Positions 46,707-57,765 of a stretch of 64,000 nt of DNA are shown here, in pieces. Source of the DNA: a virus; IMG/VR virus record IMGVR_UViG_3300043112_000063, positions 38,046-102,045 of that record. One strand, 5' to 3'. Positions within the stretch are counted from its first letter, which is position 1. Every line of letters starts with the position of its first letter. Both the position numbers and the translations under genes were made by a program. Under the pieces are notes generated by a model. It did not search any database, was not told where the DNA came from, and saw only the letters and a program-made list of their open reading frames with translations.

Positions 46707-47076
46707 TAAACCTCGATTCGTAGTTATTCCAACCGTCAAAACAATACGTTTCTATATCATCATCAACAAGTTCTAAATGTAGTTTCTTAACTCCACGTTG
46801 TTTCTTTGCGTATCTTTTTGCTAACAAGTAGTAATCTACTTTAACTGTCTTTCCTTTTTCATTAACGACTTTTACTTTTGATGGATAGAGAACGTAACCC
46901 ATATTAGTAGGATAATAATAAAATGGTATCGAACTCATTTTTTTAATTGCATCTAACTGTCCGTCAGTAAATATATAAACAGGCTCTCTACACCTAAGTC
47001 CATCAATTGATTGTGCTGCGACCGTTTCATCGGCACCATAATCAGTGTTATCTCCAGGCAAAAATATTCCACCCAT
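46696..47076 (-). CDS. Hypothetical protein
   Basis: Operonic ORF. Confidence 0.65.
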   Translation of the reverse strand: MGGIFLPGDNTDYGADETVAAQSIDGLRCREPVYIFTDGQLDAIKKMSSIPFYYYPTNMGYVLYPSKVKVVNEKGKTVKVDYYLLAKRYAKKQRGVKKLHLELVDDDIETYCFDGWNNYESRFNDE

Positions 47077-47079
47077 CTT

Positions 47080-48825
47080 CTACTTCACCGCCTTATTCTT
47101 TTTATCTTGTAAACGTAAGTGCATAGTCCACTCGTCTAAATACTCTTTAATCTCTTTATTGGCTTGTCTATTTGTAGCACCTCTCGCTTGAGTAACCTTT
47201 CCATCTCTTACTTCTACGGTAATGAAAGGTTCATCAGGACGGTCTATTCTACGTAAGAAGTAAATCAATAGTTCTCCGTTAATGACACGTGGTATGTAAC
47301 CGCCTACACAATGATTAAGAACGTTACCTTCTCGTTTCAATTCTTCTGCTTTTTTAGGGAAAGTAATCATGTATTTAATTTCGGGAACTTCCTCATCTTT
47401 TTCCTCAAACTTAGCAAGTTCTTTTTTCGTGTATTTCTTAGTCCACTCTTTAGCATCTTTATATTTTTCCATAAAGGCTTTATTTTCTTCTTCACTAACT
47501 GTTATCTTTCTGTTAGCTACATAAACATCGTGAACTCTACGTAAATAATCAGGCTTAACAACAGGCTCTGAATTGTCTTCGTAATTAAATCTAATGTAGT
47601 CTGTTATCTCAGTAACAAAACTACTCACATCATTAAATCCTTGGTCAATAATTGCATCCCTAGCATATTGTAAATACTGCATTAAACTATATGAGTTACT
47701 TATTTTATTACGTTCGTCAAAGTAACCCTCAACAAGTTCATAAAAAACAAACCATTGGTGTTGAGAATGATGAATAAAATCTCTATCCATAACTTTTGTC
47801 AGGTTAAACCATTTGTCGTTTATGTACCAATGGTAATCACCATAGGTATCCATTCCCTTACCGAACAATTCAAACTCTCTTGTTATGTCAACTACTTTAT
47901 TGATAATCTCTTCGGCTTCCTGTTTAGATATTCCCTTTTCTTTTACTAAGTAAACAGCCATAATAAGCAGGTCAGGTTGGTCTTTATATAGGTTATATAC
48001 ATCTTTTGTAATCCCAAACATTTTTGACATATGATTAACTTTATTATAAAACTTCCCTCTAAACTTGTACTCTTTAAAATATAAATCAATAAACCATTTT
48101 GGTGCCGTTTTAATAACTAACTCAAAGTTTTCCGTTTCCTTTGTGCTATAAAAATCCCCCGAGTAAACTTTCGGAATATAATCTACACCATAAAATTCTT
48201 TTGAGAACTCCGAAATAACAGAACTAACCATACCTTCATCATCCAAAGACGCTGCTAGTGTTGACGTAAATACAGTAGTTATTTCACCGTCGGTATTTAA
48301 ACAGAACTTCTCATCAGCATCGAGTAAATTAACCACGTAGTAGTTCTGTAGATTCATACTTATTCTACTATTATCTGCCGATATTTTAAACTTAAAGTAT
48401 CCATAGACTGCCAAGGCTCTCTTAATGTTGTATCCTAAATATAAAGAACCTTCACTGTTTTTCGTTTTAATAGGGTAAAGATATTTATCAGGTTCCCCAT
48501 TATCGTGGTACTCTTCTTCATCAATCTCATAACCATCGTTATCATAGTAATATGTAATGTCTGTTGCTTTATTATGGTATTGAAAATATAGGTTATCGTT
48601 TTTGTGTGTAAGTTCCGGGGAATATATATCTAACATAAGTTGTTTTTCTTTTTCTTGTAGTTCCTTCAATTCCGACTTAGCAACACCAAGTTTACGCTGA
48701 ACTTTTAGTAAGTTTGTAATTTCAGAATTGTTCACAATAACACCGTTTTGAACAAATTCCCTTATGTCTTCCGCCTGATTTATTAGTTTATTATATTGTC
48801 CAAAGTAATTCACTTTTTGTTTCAA
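47080..48825 (-). CDS. PcfJ-like domain protein
   Basis: LRRVHD, ELKREGNVLNHCVGGY, IYFLR, TVEV, QARG. Confidence 0.8.
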   Translation of the reverse strand: MKQKVNYFGQYNKLINQAEDIREFVQNGVIVNNSEITNLLKVQRKLGVAKSELKELQEKEKQLMLDIYSPELTHKNDNLYFQYHNKATDITYYYDNDGYEIDEEEYHDNGEPDKYLYPIKTKNSEGSLYLGYNIKRALAVYGYFKFKISADNSRISMNLQNYYVVNLLDADEKFCLNTDGEITTVFTSTLAASLDDEGMVSSVISEFSKEFYGVDYIPKVYSGDFYSTKETENFELVIKTAPKWFIDLYFKEYKFRGKFYNKVNHMSKMFGITKDVYNLYKDQPDLLIMAVYLVKEKGISKQEAEEIINKVVDITREFELFGKGMDTYGDYHWYINDKWFNLTKVMDRDFIHHSQHQWFVFYELVEGYFDERNKISNSYSLMQYLQYARDAIIDQGFNDVSSFVTEITDYIRFNYEDNSEPVVKPDYLRRVHDVYVANRKITVSEEENKAFMEKYKDAKEWTKKYTKKELAKFEEKDEEVPEIKYMITFPKKAEELKREGNVLNHCVGGYIPRVINGELLIYFLRRIDRPDEPFITVEVRDGKVTQARGATNRQANKEIKEYLDEWTMHLRLQDKKNKAVK

Positions 48826-48844
48826 TTTAATTCCCCGCTTTCTA

Positions 48845-49486
48845 TTATTCTAATTCTTGTAGTAATTCGTTTATTTCGTTTTGCGTGTCAACAAACGATT
48901 TTGTTACGGCTTTAGCAATACGAATAACAATACCTCTTAATTTTTTATTTTCGTCCAATACACCTTGAATTTCCTCCAAGTTATATTCTTTTACTTCTTC
49001 AGAAACCTCAACTTTAGGTTCTGGGTCTTCACAACACTCTTCTTCTTTTTCCATAAAGTTTGCTACACCAAGTAAATCACATACGGAATTAACAACATCA
49101 ACATACTTCTCGGGATTTTTAGTCGCTCTATATATTGTCGACTTACTAACACCAAGTCTTTTTGCCAATTCTTTCTGTGAATACTGAGAACCTTTAATAA
49201 GGTCTTTAAGATTATCGGCGGGAATAGGTTCTTCTACTTCACTGTCATCTTCCATAAGTTCCTCTTCTTTTTTACCTGTCAACCTAACAATCTTAATTAC
49301 TGGCTGACTACCATCACCAACAATACTAGCAACAATCCCTAACTCAAGAAGTTCTTGTATAACTTGTAGTCCATTCATTGAGGTGTTTTTACCTTCAGCG
49401 ACTACTGCAGCCACTTCCATTAAATTAACTTCACCTTGTTCTTTGTTTTTTGATACGTATTCTGCAACTTTTTTTTCAAAACTCAT
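48845..49486 (-). CDS. XRE-family HTH protein
   Basis: SQKELAKRLGVSKSTIYR. Confidence 0.75.
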   Translation of the reverse strand: MSFEKKVAEYVSKNKEQGEVNLMEVAAVVAEGKNTSMNGLQVIQELLELGIVASIVGDGSQPVIKIVRLTGKKEEELMEDDSEVEEPIPADNLKDLIKGSQYSQKELAKRLGVSKSTIYRATKNPEKYVDVVNSVCDLLGVANFMEKEEECCEDPEPKVEVSEEVKEYNLEEIQGVLDENKKLRGIVIRIAKAVTKSFVDTQNEINELLQELE

Positions 49487-49731
49487 TTTCTTCTCCTTTG
49501 GTTTTGGGAACCACCCTTATCTTTTTTTAATAACTCAGTGCCTACCAATGTTAAAAGAACCAAATCTAATAACCAAAGCACTGATAACAATACTTTAACT
49601 TCTGTCAATAACTCTATAGTTGCTATTGCCGTTGGTATAATCCACAATAGGTTGATTAAGAACAACGCTGTGGAACAAAACATAACCACTAACAATGATA
49701 CAGTCAATGACTTCCAATACCCGTCAATCAA
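49483..49731 (-). CDS. Small membrane protein
   Basis: Two hydrophobic segments, basic tail. Confidence 0.6.
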   Translation of the reverse strand: MIDGYWKSLTVSLLVVMFCSTALFLINLLWIIPTAIATIELLTEVKVLLSVLWLLDLVLLTLVGTELLKKDKGGSQNQRRRK

Positions 49732-49736
49732 TTTAA

Positions 49737-50453
49737 TTACACCTTCCCATCTAAATATTTTTTAATCATATTCTCATCAAAATAATACATAAGTAACGTT
49801 ACTATTCTGTGTGACATATGTTTTTTATCTGGTAACTTTAAATACATCAAAGTGCTTAATTCGTCTTTTTTCCAATAACCTCGTAAAAACAATCTTTCTA
49901 GTGGTGAGTTCAATTGCTTTAAAATAACATCAGATATTTTTTTGTTTAGCTGTTCTTTGTAACTACCTTCTCCGTCGAATACATCTAAGTAAAAACAATT
50001 CTTTTTAAACTCAACGTAACCCTTTTGAAATTCTTCTTCGTTATGTCTATTGTAGTAATAATGTGAGGTTATTCTCCCCTTTTCGTCTTCTCTACCAATT
50101 TTCTTAAGCATTTCGTAATAGTCAGGAACTAACTTAATTTTAGCATCTAACTTATTGGCTATGTTTTCAAACAATTTAATTGCTGATATGTGAGGCTCAA
50201 ATGTGCAAGCCTTATTATACCGTCCACCCATAGTAAAGTAAATAGTATTTTCTTTGTCGTTAACTGTATAGTAAATATCATAATTTACAGTAAGTTCATT
50301 GTAGTAAACATTTATTTCTTTTAATGAAGAGAATTCAACGACAGCCGAACTTATTTCCGTGTAGTTATCTACATAACATCTTCGAATATCGTTAGGTCTA
50401 TTTTCTATATCTCTTAACTCAATTACTACCTCGTCTTTTAAATCTAGTTTCAT
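49737..50453 (-). CDS. Hypothetical protein
   Basis: SD AAGGGGG; promoter-like -10 at 50483. Confidence 0.7.
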   Translation of the reverse strand: MKLDLKDEVVIELRDIENRPNDIRRCYVDNYTEISSAVVEFSSLKEINVYYNELTVNYDIYYTVNDKENTIYFTMGGRYNKACTFEPHISAIKLFENIANKLDAKIKLVPDYYEMLKKIGREDEKGRITSHYYYNRHNEEEFQKGYVEFKKNCFYLDVFDGEGSYKEQLNKKISDVILKQLNSPLERLFLRGYWKKDELSTLMYLKLPDKKHMSHRIVTLLMYYFDENMIKKYLDGKV

Positions 50454-50746
50454 TTATACCCCCTTAACTTGTTTACATAAATATTATAACACGAAAACCG
50501 TGTTTTGTGTGTGAAAACTTTTACTTTTTCTGGTTTTCTTTTAGGTTACTAACGTGTTCGGTAAACATTTCCTTCGCTTCTTTAAGTGTAAATCCCATAT
50601 ATTTTCTATGTACGTAAACATCGTTAACAATATCACTTATTGTAAAACTTCCATCTTTATTTTTTTCTACTTGCATTTTATTTTCCTCCAAAAGTTAATT
50701 ACGACTTCGCGCAATTCCGCTAAAAGTGAAGTACTACTTCGCGCAA

Positions 50747-51235
50747 TTACAGATTTTTTCGTTTGTTTCTAATAACCAAATCATAGTGGTCTTCCCAATC
50801 TTTGTATGTTCGTAACTGACCACGCATCTTGTAAAAATTACCTTTTCCTGCATTATACATTTTCTTTATTCTTGTTAGTATTCTACCTATGTTAATCACG
50901 TAGTCCGCGTAAGTAGGTTTATAATCATTCATCATAACAAACGGTATCTTATCTAACATCGGTTCAAGCCTGTTCTCTTCTCTAATCTTGTAACCTCTAC
51001 TAATCATCTCTTGTTCTAGTTCACTGTGCCGTCTAGCAATGTATCCGAACTTGTTGTAAAAGAATTTAGCGTGACCTTTATTTAGTGTGTATGTATCGGG
51101 AATGCTTTTATAGTCGATTCCATTTTTACTTTTCTTACTGCGAAGATAATAGTGAGGAGCCATTAGTATTTCTCTATACTCAGCCCTTAGGTGAACATCA
51201 CTAAGACTATCGACTGGAACAACATTTATTCTCAT
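50747..51235 (-). CDS. denV: Pyrimidine-dimer DNA glycosylase (T4 endonuclease V family)
   Basis: MRINVVP..LSDVHLRAEYREI, YTLNKGHAKFFYNK, EMISRG. Confidence 0.88.
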   Translation of the reverse strand: MRINVVPVDSLSDVHLRAEYREILMAPHYYLRSKKSKNGIDYKSIPDTYTLNKGHAKFFYNKFGYIARRHSELEQEMISRGYKIREENRLEPMLDKIPFVMMNDYKPTYADYVINIGRILTRIKKMYNAGKGNFYKMRGQLRTYKDWEDHYDLVIRNKRKNL

Positions 51236-51816
51236 TGTTCCTCTAATGCTTTTTTATAAAGATTAAGGTAAGCCTCAGCTATTCTAGACTGTTCTTCCCA
51301 AGTTTTATTTTCTACAACTTCTAATTCTTCGTACGTAAGACCAATAACAAGATAAGTTCCTCCCATAGGTACATCGTGACTATGAACTTTAAAGACATTA
51401 AATTGTCTACTTTCTTCCTCAGTTGCTTTGTGGTAAATGGTTACATCATAATCAAAGTTAAGTATATTACGCCAATTTTTTTCAATCCTAATTCCTGTAC
51501 TACCCTGCCAATTAGCATTGTAGTAAACGATTAAGAATCCTTCGTGTTTATCAGGATTTGTTATTTGTCTAAGTTCTTCGTAGTAGTTGTCTTCATCAAA
51601 TCGCCAATCATAATAATAATCTACATAGTCGAAGTCCTCAACTTGGTCTTCCGTAACACAAACTGAGAAGTCCATAATGTCTTCATCTTCGTCTATCTCG
51701 TTAATAAAATCATCGATATACATTTGTCGGTATTCTTTTTTAATACCTCTTATTTGGCAGTCTACTAGATTAAACTGTTCTGGGAAACTATCTGATTCTA
51801 ATAAAGTCGCTTTCAT
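51232..51816 (-). CDS. Acidic hypothetical protein
   Basis: SD AGGAGG; HSHDVPMG. Confidence 0.7.
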   Translation of the reverse strand: MKATLLESDSFPEQFNLVDCQIRGIKKEYRQMYIDDFINEIDEDEDIMDFSVCVTEDQVEDFDYVDYYYDWRFDEDNYYEELRQITNPDKHEGFLIVYYNANWQGSTGIRIEKNWRNILNFDYDVTIYHKATEEESRQFNVFKVHSHDVPMGGTYLVIGLTYEELEVVENKTWEEQSRIAEAYLNLYKKALEEQ

Positions 51817-51980
51817 TCTTTTCCTCCTATTAAAATATATTGTACATATAAAATGTTGTGAACATAATTGTTTTTGGTGTGTAATTGGCGCTGTAACGGT
51901 GAAAGTTGTTTTTACTGTACCTAAACCGTACCCGTAACCGTGAATACCGTTACAGGCGCTAAATACACGGTGAACAAGTA

Positions 51981-52037
51981 CTATTTACCAAGTGCAAATC
52001 GTACCAATCCAAGAATAAGTCCGAGTAATAATTTCAA
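51981..52037 (-). CDS. 18-aa hydrophobic peptide MKLLLGLILGLVRFALGK
   Basis: SD AGGAGG 7 nt before TTG; TAG stop. Confidence 0.5.
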   Translation of the reverse strand: MKLLLGLILGLVRFALGK

Positions 52038-52090
52038 TGTATAACCTCCTCGTAATTGTCGTAAAGAAAAACTACTGTGTCAAACAGTAG

Positions 52091-53736
52091 TTATTCAACT
52101 GTAATATAATCATTAAAATGGTTTGTCATATGTCCGTTTATATAACCTAATTGTGAACTTGTTAGTTCTTCTTCTTTAGCAATCTCACTAAGTCTTTCAT
52201 CAACTTTATCTTGTAACGCATTCATCTCTTTACCTGTCAAGGTAATAGGATTAGCACAAGTTCTTCTTTCGAAAGCGTCACATTCTTTATAAGCAACGCC
52301 TTTTAACTTAATGACTGTGTTCTTTACAATACCTTGCATTTTAACGTCAGGATAAGTTAATCTTAGGTCCACTGAAGGTCTACGTCTCCAAAATCCGCCT
52401 TCACGTTTTACAACGTTAGCACGTTCTTCGGACATTTCTTTTGTTGCAACTTCAGATAATGTTCCCATTTAGTTTTCCTCCTTCGTTTAAATATAGTATT
52501 ACTTAACTACTAATATTATACTTGATAATTGTTGAAATGTAAATACTTTTGTATGAATATTTTTATTTGTTCTTTAAAAGTAAATGAAAAAAGCGTAGTA
52601 ATGATAACGACGACCACCAAACTTCATTCCAGAATACCAGTCCATATTAAGTGTTTCCATTATGTCTTCTTTAAGTTCGGGAATACCTTCTGCAATATTG
52701 GTTGCCCATTTTTCCATAGCTTCTATAGCTATAGCATCATAATCTGGTTGTTCACCTCGAGTAAATAAAGGAACCATCAACTTGATATATAAAGTAATAG
52801 AATTATTTTCTAAACTGTAATCTAATTTAAGTTGTTCTGGAACATTTGGAATACTACTTTTTACTATTCTTAAATAGTTGTTTTCTTCCGATTCAAAATA
52901 CCTAGAATCATTAAGTCCTAATTCTTCATTAAGATACATCTGTGCCATATGTTCATCTTCGAATAAGACTATATGTCCTTCTTCGTCTAGCAATGCTTGT
53001 TCGCCAACTACAATATAACACTCGTTCTTATTACTTACTAATGTATCATAAACAATAGAAACATATGGAATTATTACTTCATCTTTAATTTCTTTTTTAC
53101 TCACCTCGATAAACCTCCTTTGGAACTTTGTCTATTCCTAATAATTGTTGAATTCTTTTTATGTAATCTTCTTTTGATAACTGATAAAAATGTGGTTTCA
53201 TAATATACTGTGCATAATTAGATTCTTTTGTACTAACAATTTCATTTCTCATACTTTCATAGCAAACTGGACAAGCCGTATGACCCGTATGGTTAATCAT
53301 CTTACCATAGTATTCTACTCGTCCACAGTTACGACAAATAACCTTGTCTTTCATCTCGTCTGTTTCGTGTCTTGATACAAAAACTTGTGGTCTTTTATTC
53401 GCCATCTTCTTCCTCCAAGACAGCCGTTGTTTCTTTTGGCGGTAATTTAGAATTAAAATGTCTAATTGCTTGGTCTAAATAGAGTTTAGCATTATTCAAT
53501 TTCTCCAACGCATATCCCGAATTGATTTCTTTATGTCTAGCCAATACTTCGATAACTATTCCACAACCCTCAATTGCGTAAACTAATTCTTTTGTGAATG
53601 TTGCGTCCCTGTTTTCTGGATTTTCAATTTCCATTTTTTTAACGGTGTGAAAATGATTTGCCAACTTATTTACGTACGCACGAAATTCCATAGCGTCCTT
53701 CTCGGCATAAAATAATCTTTCTTCTTTACTAATCAT
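52091..53736 (-). other. Four hypothetical genes (52091-52468, 52574-53104, 53097-53405 with two CxxC pairs, 53395-53736)
   Basis: ORFs with SD sites, co-oriented. Confidence 0.7.
52515..52543 (-). promoter_or_regulatory. Early-type promoter with conserved spacer
   Basis: TT(G/T)(T/A)(A/C)A-TTTCnnnnnTTATCAnn-TATAAT; also 56258-56286, 56848-56876, 58363-58391, 60335-60363, 61709-61737. Confidence 0.8.
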
Positions 53737-53760
53737 TATATTACTCCTTCTTTTTTAAAG

Positions 53761-53854
53761 TGGTGGTCAGGGATGGACTCGAACCATCGACGCACGGGTT
53801 TTCAAGCCGTCGCTCTTCCTCAAACGAACGGTGTCGCTTCTGAGCTACCTGACC
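53761..53854 (-). tRNA. tRNA-Phe(GAA) with ~18-nt hairpin insertion in the D-loop
   Basis: GGTCAGG/CCTGACC-ACCA; D-stem GCTC/GAGC with 26-nt loop; ACGGC-TT GAA AA-CCCGT; T-arm GATGG-TTCGAGT-CCATC. Confidence 0.85.
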
Positions 53855-53860
53855 ATAATT

Positions 53861-54090
53861 GCTACACGATTTTTTGTTAGGTCAGGTGTAGCCGTTGACC
53901 CCGCCGATTTAGTTTATACTCCTACGCGCTTGCAAGAGTTAATTATTTCCCCATCCAAATAATAGAGTTCACTACGTTCTATTTACTATTAAGGAGATAA
54001 TTAGTATGAGAGTAGGAAACTTCCCCCGGATTTGAAAACTACTCTAATTTATCTGACCACAACGGGCACCCATTTTTGAGTGGTGGCAGA
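53861..54090 (-). ncRNA. Putative structured RNA/leader upstream of tRNA-Phe
   Basis: Several stems and a 3' H-type pseudoknot, no ORF. Confidence 0.55.
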
Positions 54091-54104
54091 AAAGTTTTTA
54101 TATT

Positions 54105-57100
54105 TTATTCTTTATACTCGTCTAATACTTCTTTGATAAAAGTTGCGTTAGCAGTGTATTTTCTTTCTCCATCAAGTGAAGTTAGATTAAATCTAGTTCT
54201 ACGTACACTATCAAAGACATACCTATTACCGTCATTTCCAACAAAGATTTGACCTTTAGTCATAGAGTGCATTGTTTGTTTACGTTCTAGTTCTTCTTGT
54301 TTTTCTTTTTCTACTAAGTCAATAACATCTTGGTGTACGTTATCAGTAGATAATTCCTGCACCTTATCTAAAGTAAGTGTGGTCTTAAAACGTCTTGGCG
54401 ACATATCTTTTAATCTATATGCCAAAACTGAACCGCCACTTGTTATTCCTGTATAAGCATACTTCTTACCGTTTACTACAAATTCTTGTCCGATTTTTAC
54501 CATTACTCTCTCCTTTCTAAATCTTCATAATTTAATTCGACTACAACTGTATTGAACAAACAATATACTTCTAAATAATCTGCACGTACATTCGGTTCAA
54601 TTATATCTCCCATTTTTTCTAATACGTGTGTCATAAAGTCATTAAAATCAAATAATACTATCTTCTCTCTGTTCTTACGTTCCATTTTAATAAACGTTCC
54701 TCTAAAGGTTACAAGTATCTTGTCTTGACAAACAATAATTGTATAGTCTTCTTTAAGATATTTTTTTGCTTTTTCGTTTAGGTAACTAATGATACAACTA
54801 TCAAGTAAATCTTTATAGTTATAGAAATCTCTAGTCGTTATATTTTCATAAGCCATTTCTAAATCATCAATAGCCCGCATAATAACTTGCTCAAAAGTCG
54901 TGGTACTTGATAGCGCAATTACACATTGTTTGACAAATTCTTCTCTACTCAAACTTTGCGCATCTATTCCAAAAGATGTTTGAGCGTTATCAGAAATCTC
55001 GTACCAATTATAATCATACTCTAATTCTAATACTGCTTTTATCAGTAGTTCTTTTGGTGTTGGTATATCAGTCTTAATACTCATCTTTAAACCACCTATC
55101 ATATTTAGATGCTGATATATGTCCCGCCATTGCGTATAAGAAATCTTGTATCTCTTCGCATATAGTATCTTCATCATTATTATTCAAGTACTCATCGTTA
55201 GTTTCTTTTGTGCCTCCGATTAAGATATGAATAATACCTCTATTACGCAAGTGTTCGTAAGGGTCAATTACTGTCGCATTCAGGAACTTAGAAAATTGTT
55301 CTTTACCTTCTTCCGTAAACATATCAAAGCCACTACTCATACACTCAGTACTTGCAGGCATATACTCAAAGCCATCTACATAAATGTCAACACAACTATC
55401 GTTTCTAATTAAGAATTCGTGAAGTGTCATTGGACTTAACCTATCTTTTATTTCCATTCTTTGTGCTAGCGTTACTTCCTTATTATGAACTAACGAAACT
55501 ACAAATTCAACTATCTCGTCTTCCTTTAATTCTTTTAGAACAATATTCTGTAGAAACTTTAATTTCTTTTTTCTCATACTGTTTCTCCTTTCGTTTCGTC
55601 TTTATAAATTGGTTCTCCATCACTACATACTTCTGCACCAGCTTCAAGCGCCATTAAGATACTGACATAACGGCTTTGTTCACTGCCCTCACACATAAGT
55701 ACTGCTTCACGAAACTTCGCTATCTCTTTGTCTCGTTGTCCAAATGTTCTTTTACCGCCACATTCAATAATTACTTGACCCATCTTTGTACCTCCTATCG
55801 TGATAACATATCATAAACTTCTTGTGTTTCATATCTTAGTCTTCCACCGTCCCACATTGGTCCGATATAACCTTTAATGATTGGTTGGTTGTCTAATTCT
55901 TTTCTATGACATAAACCACCGTTCTCTCTCACTTCGGTTAAGTCATCGGTTAAGCCTGTCGCCTCAGCATAAAGGTCAACAACACTAACAACTTTTCTAT
56001 TGTATCTTCCACCAAAGAAAATTGCTTTTAATTCGGTAGGTGCGTCATAAACTGCGATAACTTCTATTTCTTTTTTATCAAGTTTATTTTTAGCTTCAAT
56101 GGCTTCTGAATAAGTATATCTTGGTGCGTCAGATAAATTAAAACTTCCTACTCCGTCTGCATTTATATACTCATCATAAGCATTAGTTACTTTCAATACA
56201 CAATTCTTATTGTTACTTACTTTCATTTCTTTACCCCCTTGTTATTTAACTACTTATATTATAAGTGATAAACGTTGAAATTACAAGTACTTTACAAGAA
56301 AAGTTATTTATTTTTTCTTTGCTTATTTTTTACCCTATAATATAAGGTTAACTATTGGTGAATATGTACGAAATACCCACCAAATAGCGCCACAGTTTAC
56401 GTTCATTGTTATTATGGTGTTACATACTACCATATAACGTGAAAACGTTTACAACGAGAATTAAGTAGTAATATTCTACGTGTTAATCACATTATTGATA
56501 GTTAAGTAGTAATATTCTACTACTTAATCTTTTAGATTATACCAATATCTTCTGAACAATTTACTGATTGTTGTTTTTTCTCCGTTAACAAATACTCTTG
56601 TGAACGGTATTGAAATAGTTGTACCATCTTTTTTCTTGACACGTAAGAAACCTTGTTCCACGTTAATATTAAGTTGTTGCATCTCTTCGTTTTTTTCGGT
56701 GTCGAGAACTTTAATAGCATCACTGTTTCCTTTTTTCCATTCGTGTAAATCTTCCATAGTTTCAAAGTACTCATACCCACTGTTGATAATACTGCAATTT
56801 TTTACAAAGACCATAATTTAATTTTCCTCCCTTAACTGTATATACCTATTATAATTGATAAACATTGAAATTACAAGGGTATATATAAAATAATCTTTAT
56901 GAACACAAAATAATCACATTTGAGTAAATTGTTAACACAAAAAACCTCCAATCAAGTCAGAAAGGAGGTTTTGAAATTAAATTGTATCAGTCTCTGATAC
57001 TATATGAATTATTATTAAGAATAACTTTTTAAGTCTACTCATCAATCCCACCAAGCACGCATATATTTCTGAGTTCTTTGCGGCCAATTACCCTCAGTAA

Positions 57101-57527
57101 ACTTTTCATATCCATTATCCCACGACCAAGCACTTGTTCTTGTATTTACTGAAAACTCTTGTGCTTGATATTTGTTTTTAAATATACGAACAAATTCTTC
57201 TATATCATTTGGTGTTTGCTTACTACCAACAGGATGATAAACTCTAATCCCCCCAAGACTAATACCAACATCCGCATCTAAGTTTCTTCTTCGCGGAGAG
57301 AATACAATAACCTCAAGTCTAATGTATGGTCTAAGGTGCTTATTCTTTTTACAGTAAGACAGTATTTTTTTCGTTGGTGTTTCGTTGTGATACAGTTCGT
57401 CCCAACCATTTTCAATTAGTTTATCTAACTCATCGGGAGTTATCTGAACTCGGTATGTACCACCCATCCAAGTGATGTTTCTCAACTTTAATATTTCTTC
57501 GGGTGTTGATATTCTATTGGTACGCAT
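54105..57527 (-). other. Run of small hypothetical early genes (54105-54503, 54503-55084, 55074-55577, 55574-55783, 55795-56226, 56524-56814, 57042-57527)
   Basis: Co-oriented ORFs with strong SD sites behind repeated promoters. Confidence 0.7.
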
Positions 57528-57765
57528 TTTTCCTCCTTCTTAACCTTTCCGCCACAATAAATGCACGGAGATTTACTTTTTGTATCTGCTGAGTATTGGT
57601 CTTTACCACACTCTTCACAAATATATTTTACCATCAATACTCACTCAAGTAAGTAAAGAAAGCACTGTTTCTCATTTTTAATTGTTCTTTAGTTAATTCA
57701 CGTTCTACCTCTAACGAAGCAACTAGTGGTGTCTTACATTTAGGACATCTTAACATTTTTTCCTC

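Noticed and set aside
53861-53940. Resemblance to preQ1-I (GCTACAC loop, A-rich tail) and SAM-II (TTGCAAGCGCGT) riboswitches
   Set aside because: Stem lengths and conserved core positions do not match by eye and no downstream CDS is controlled; kept only as an unclassified structured RNA
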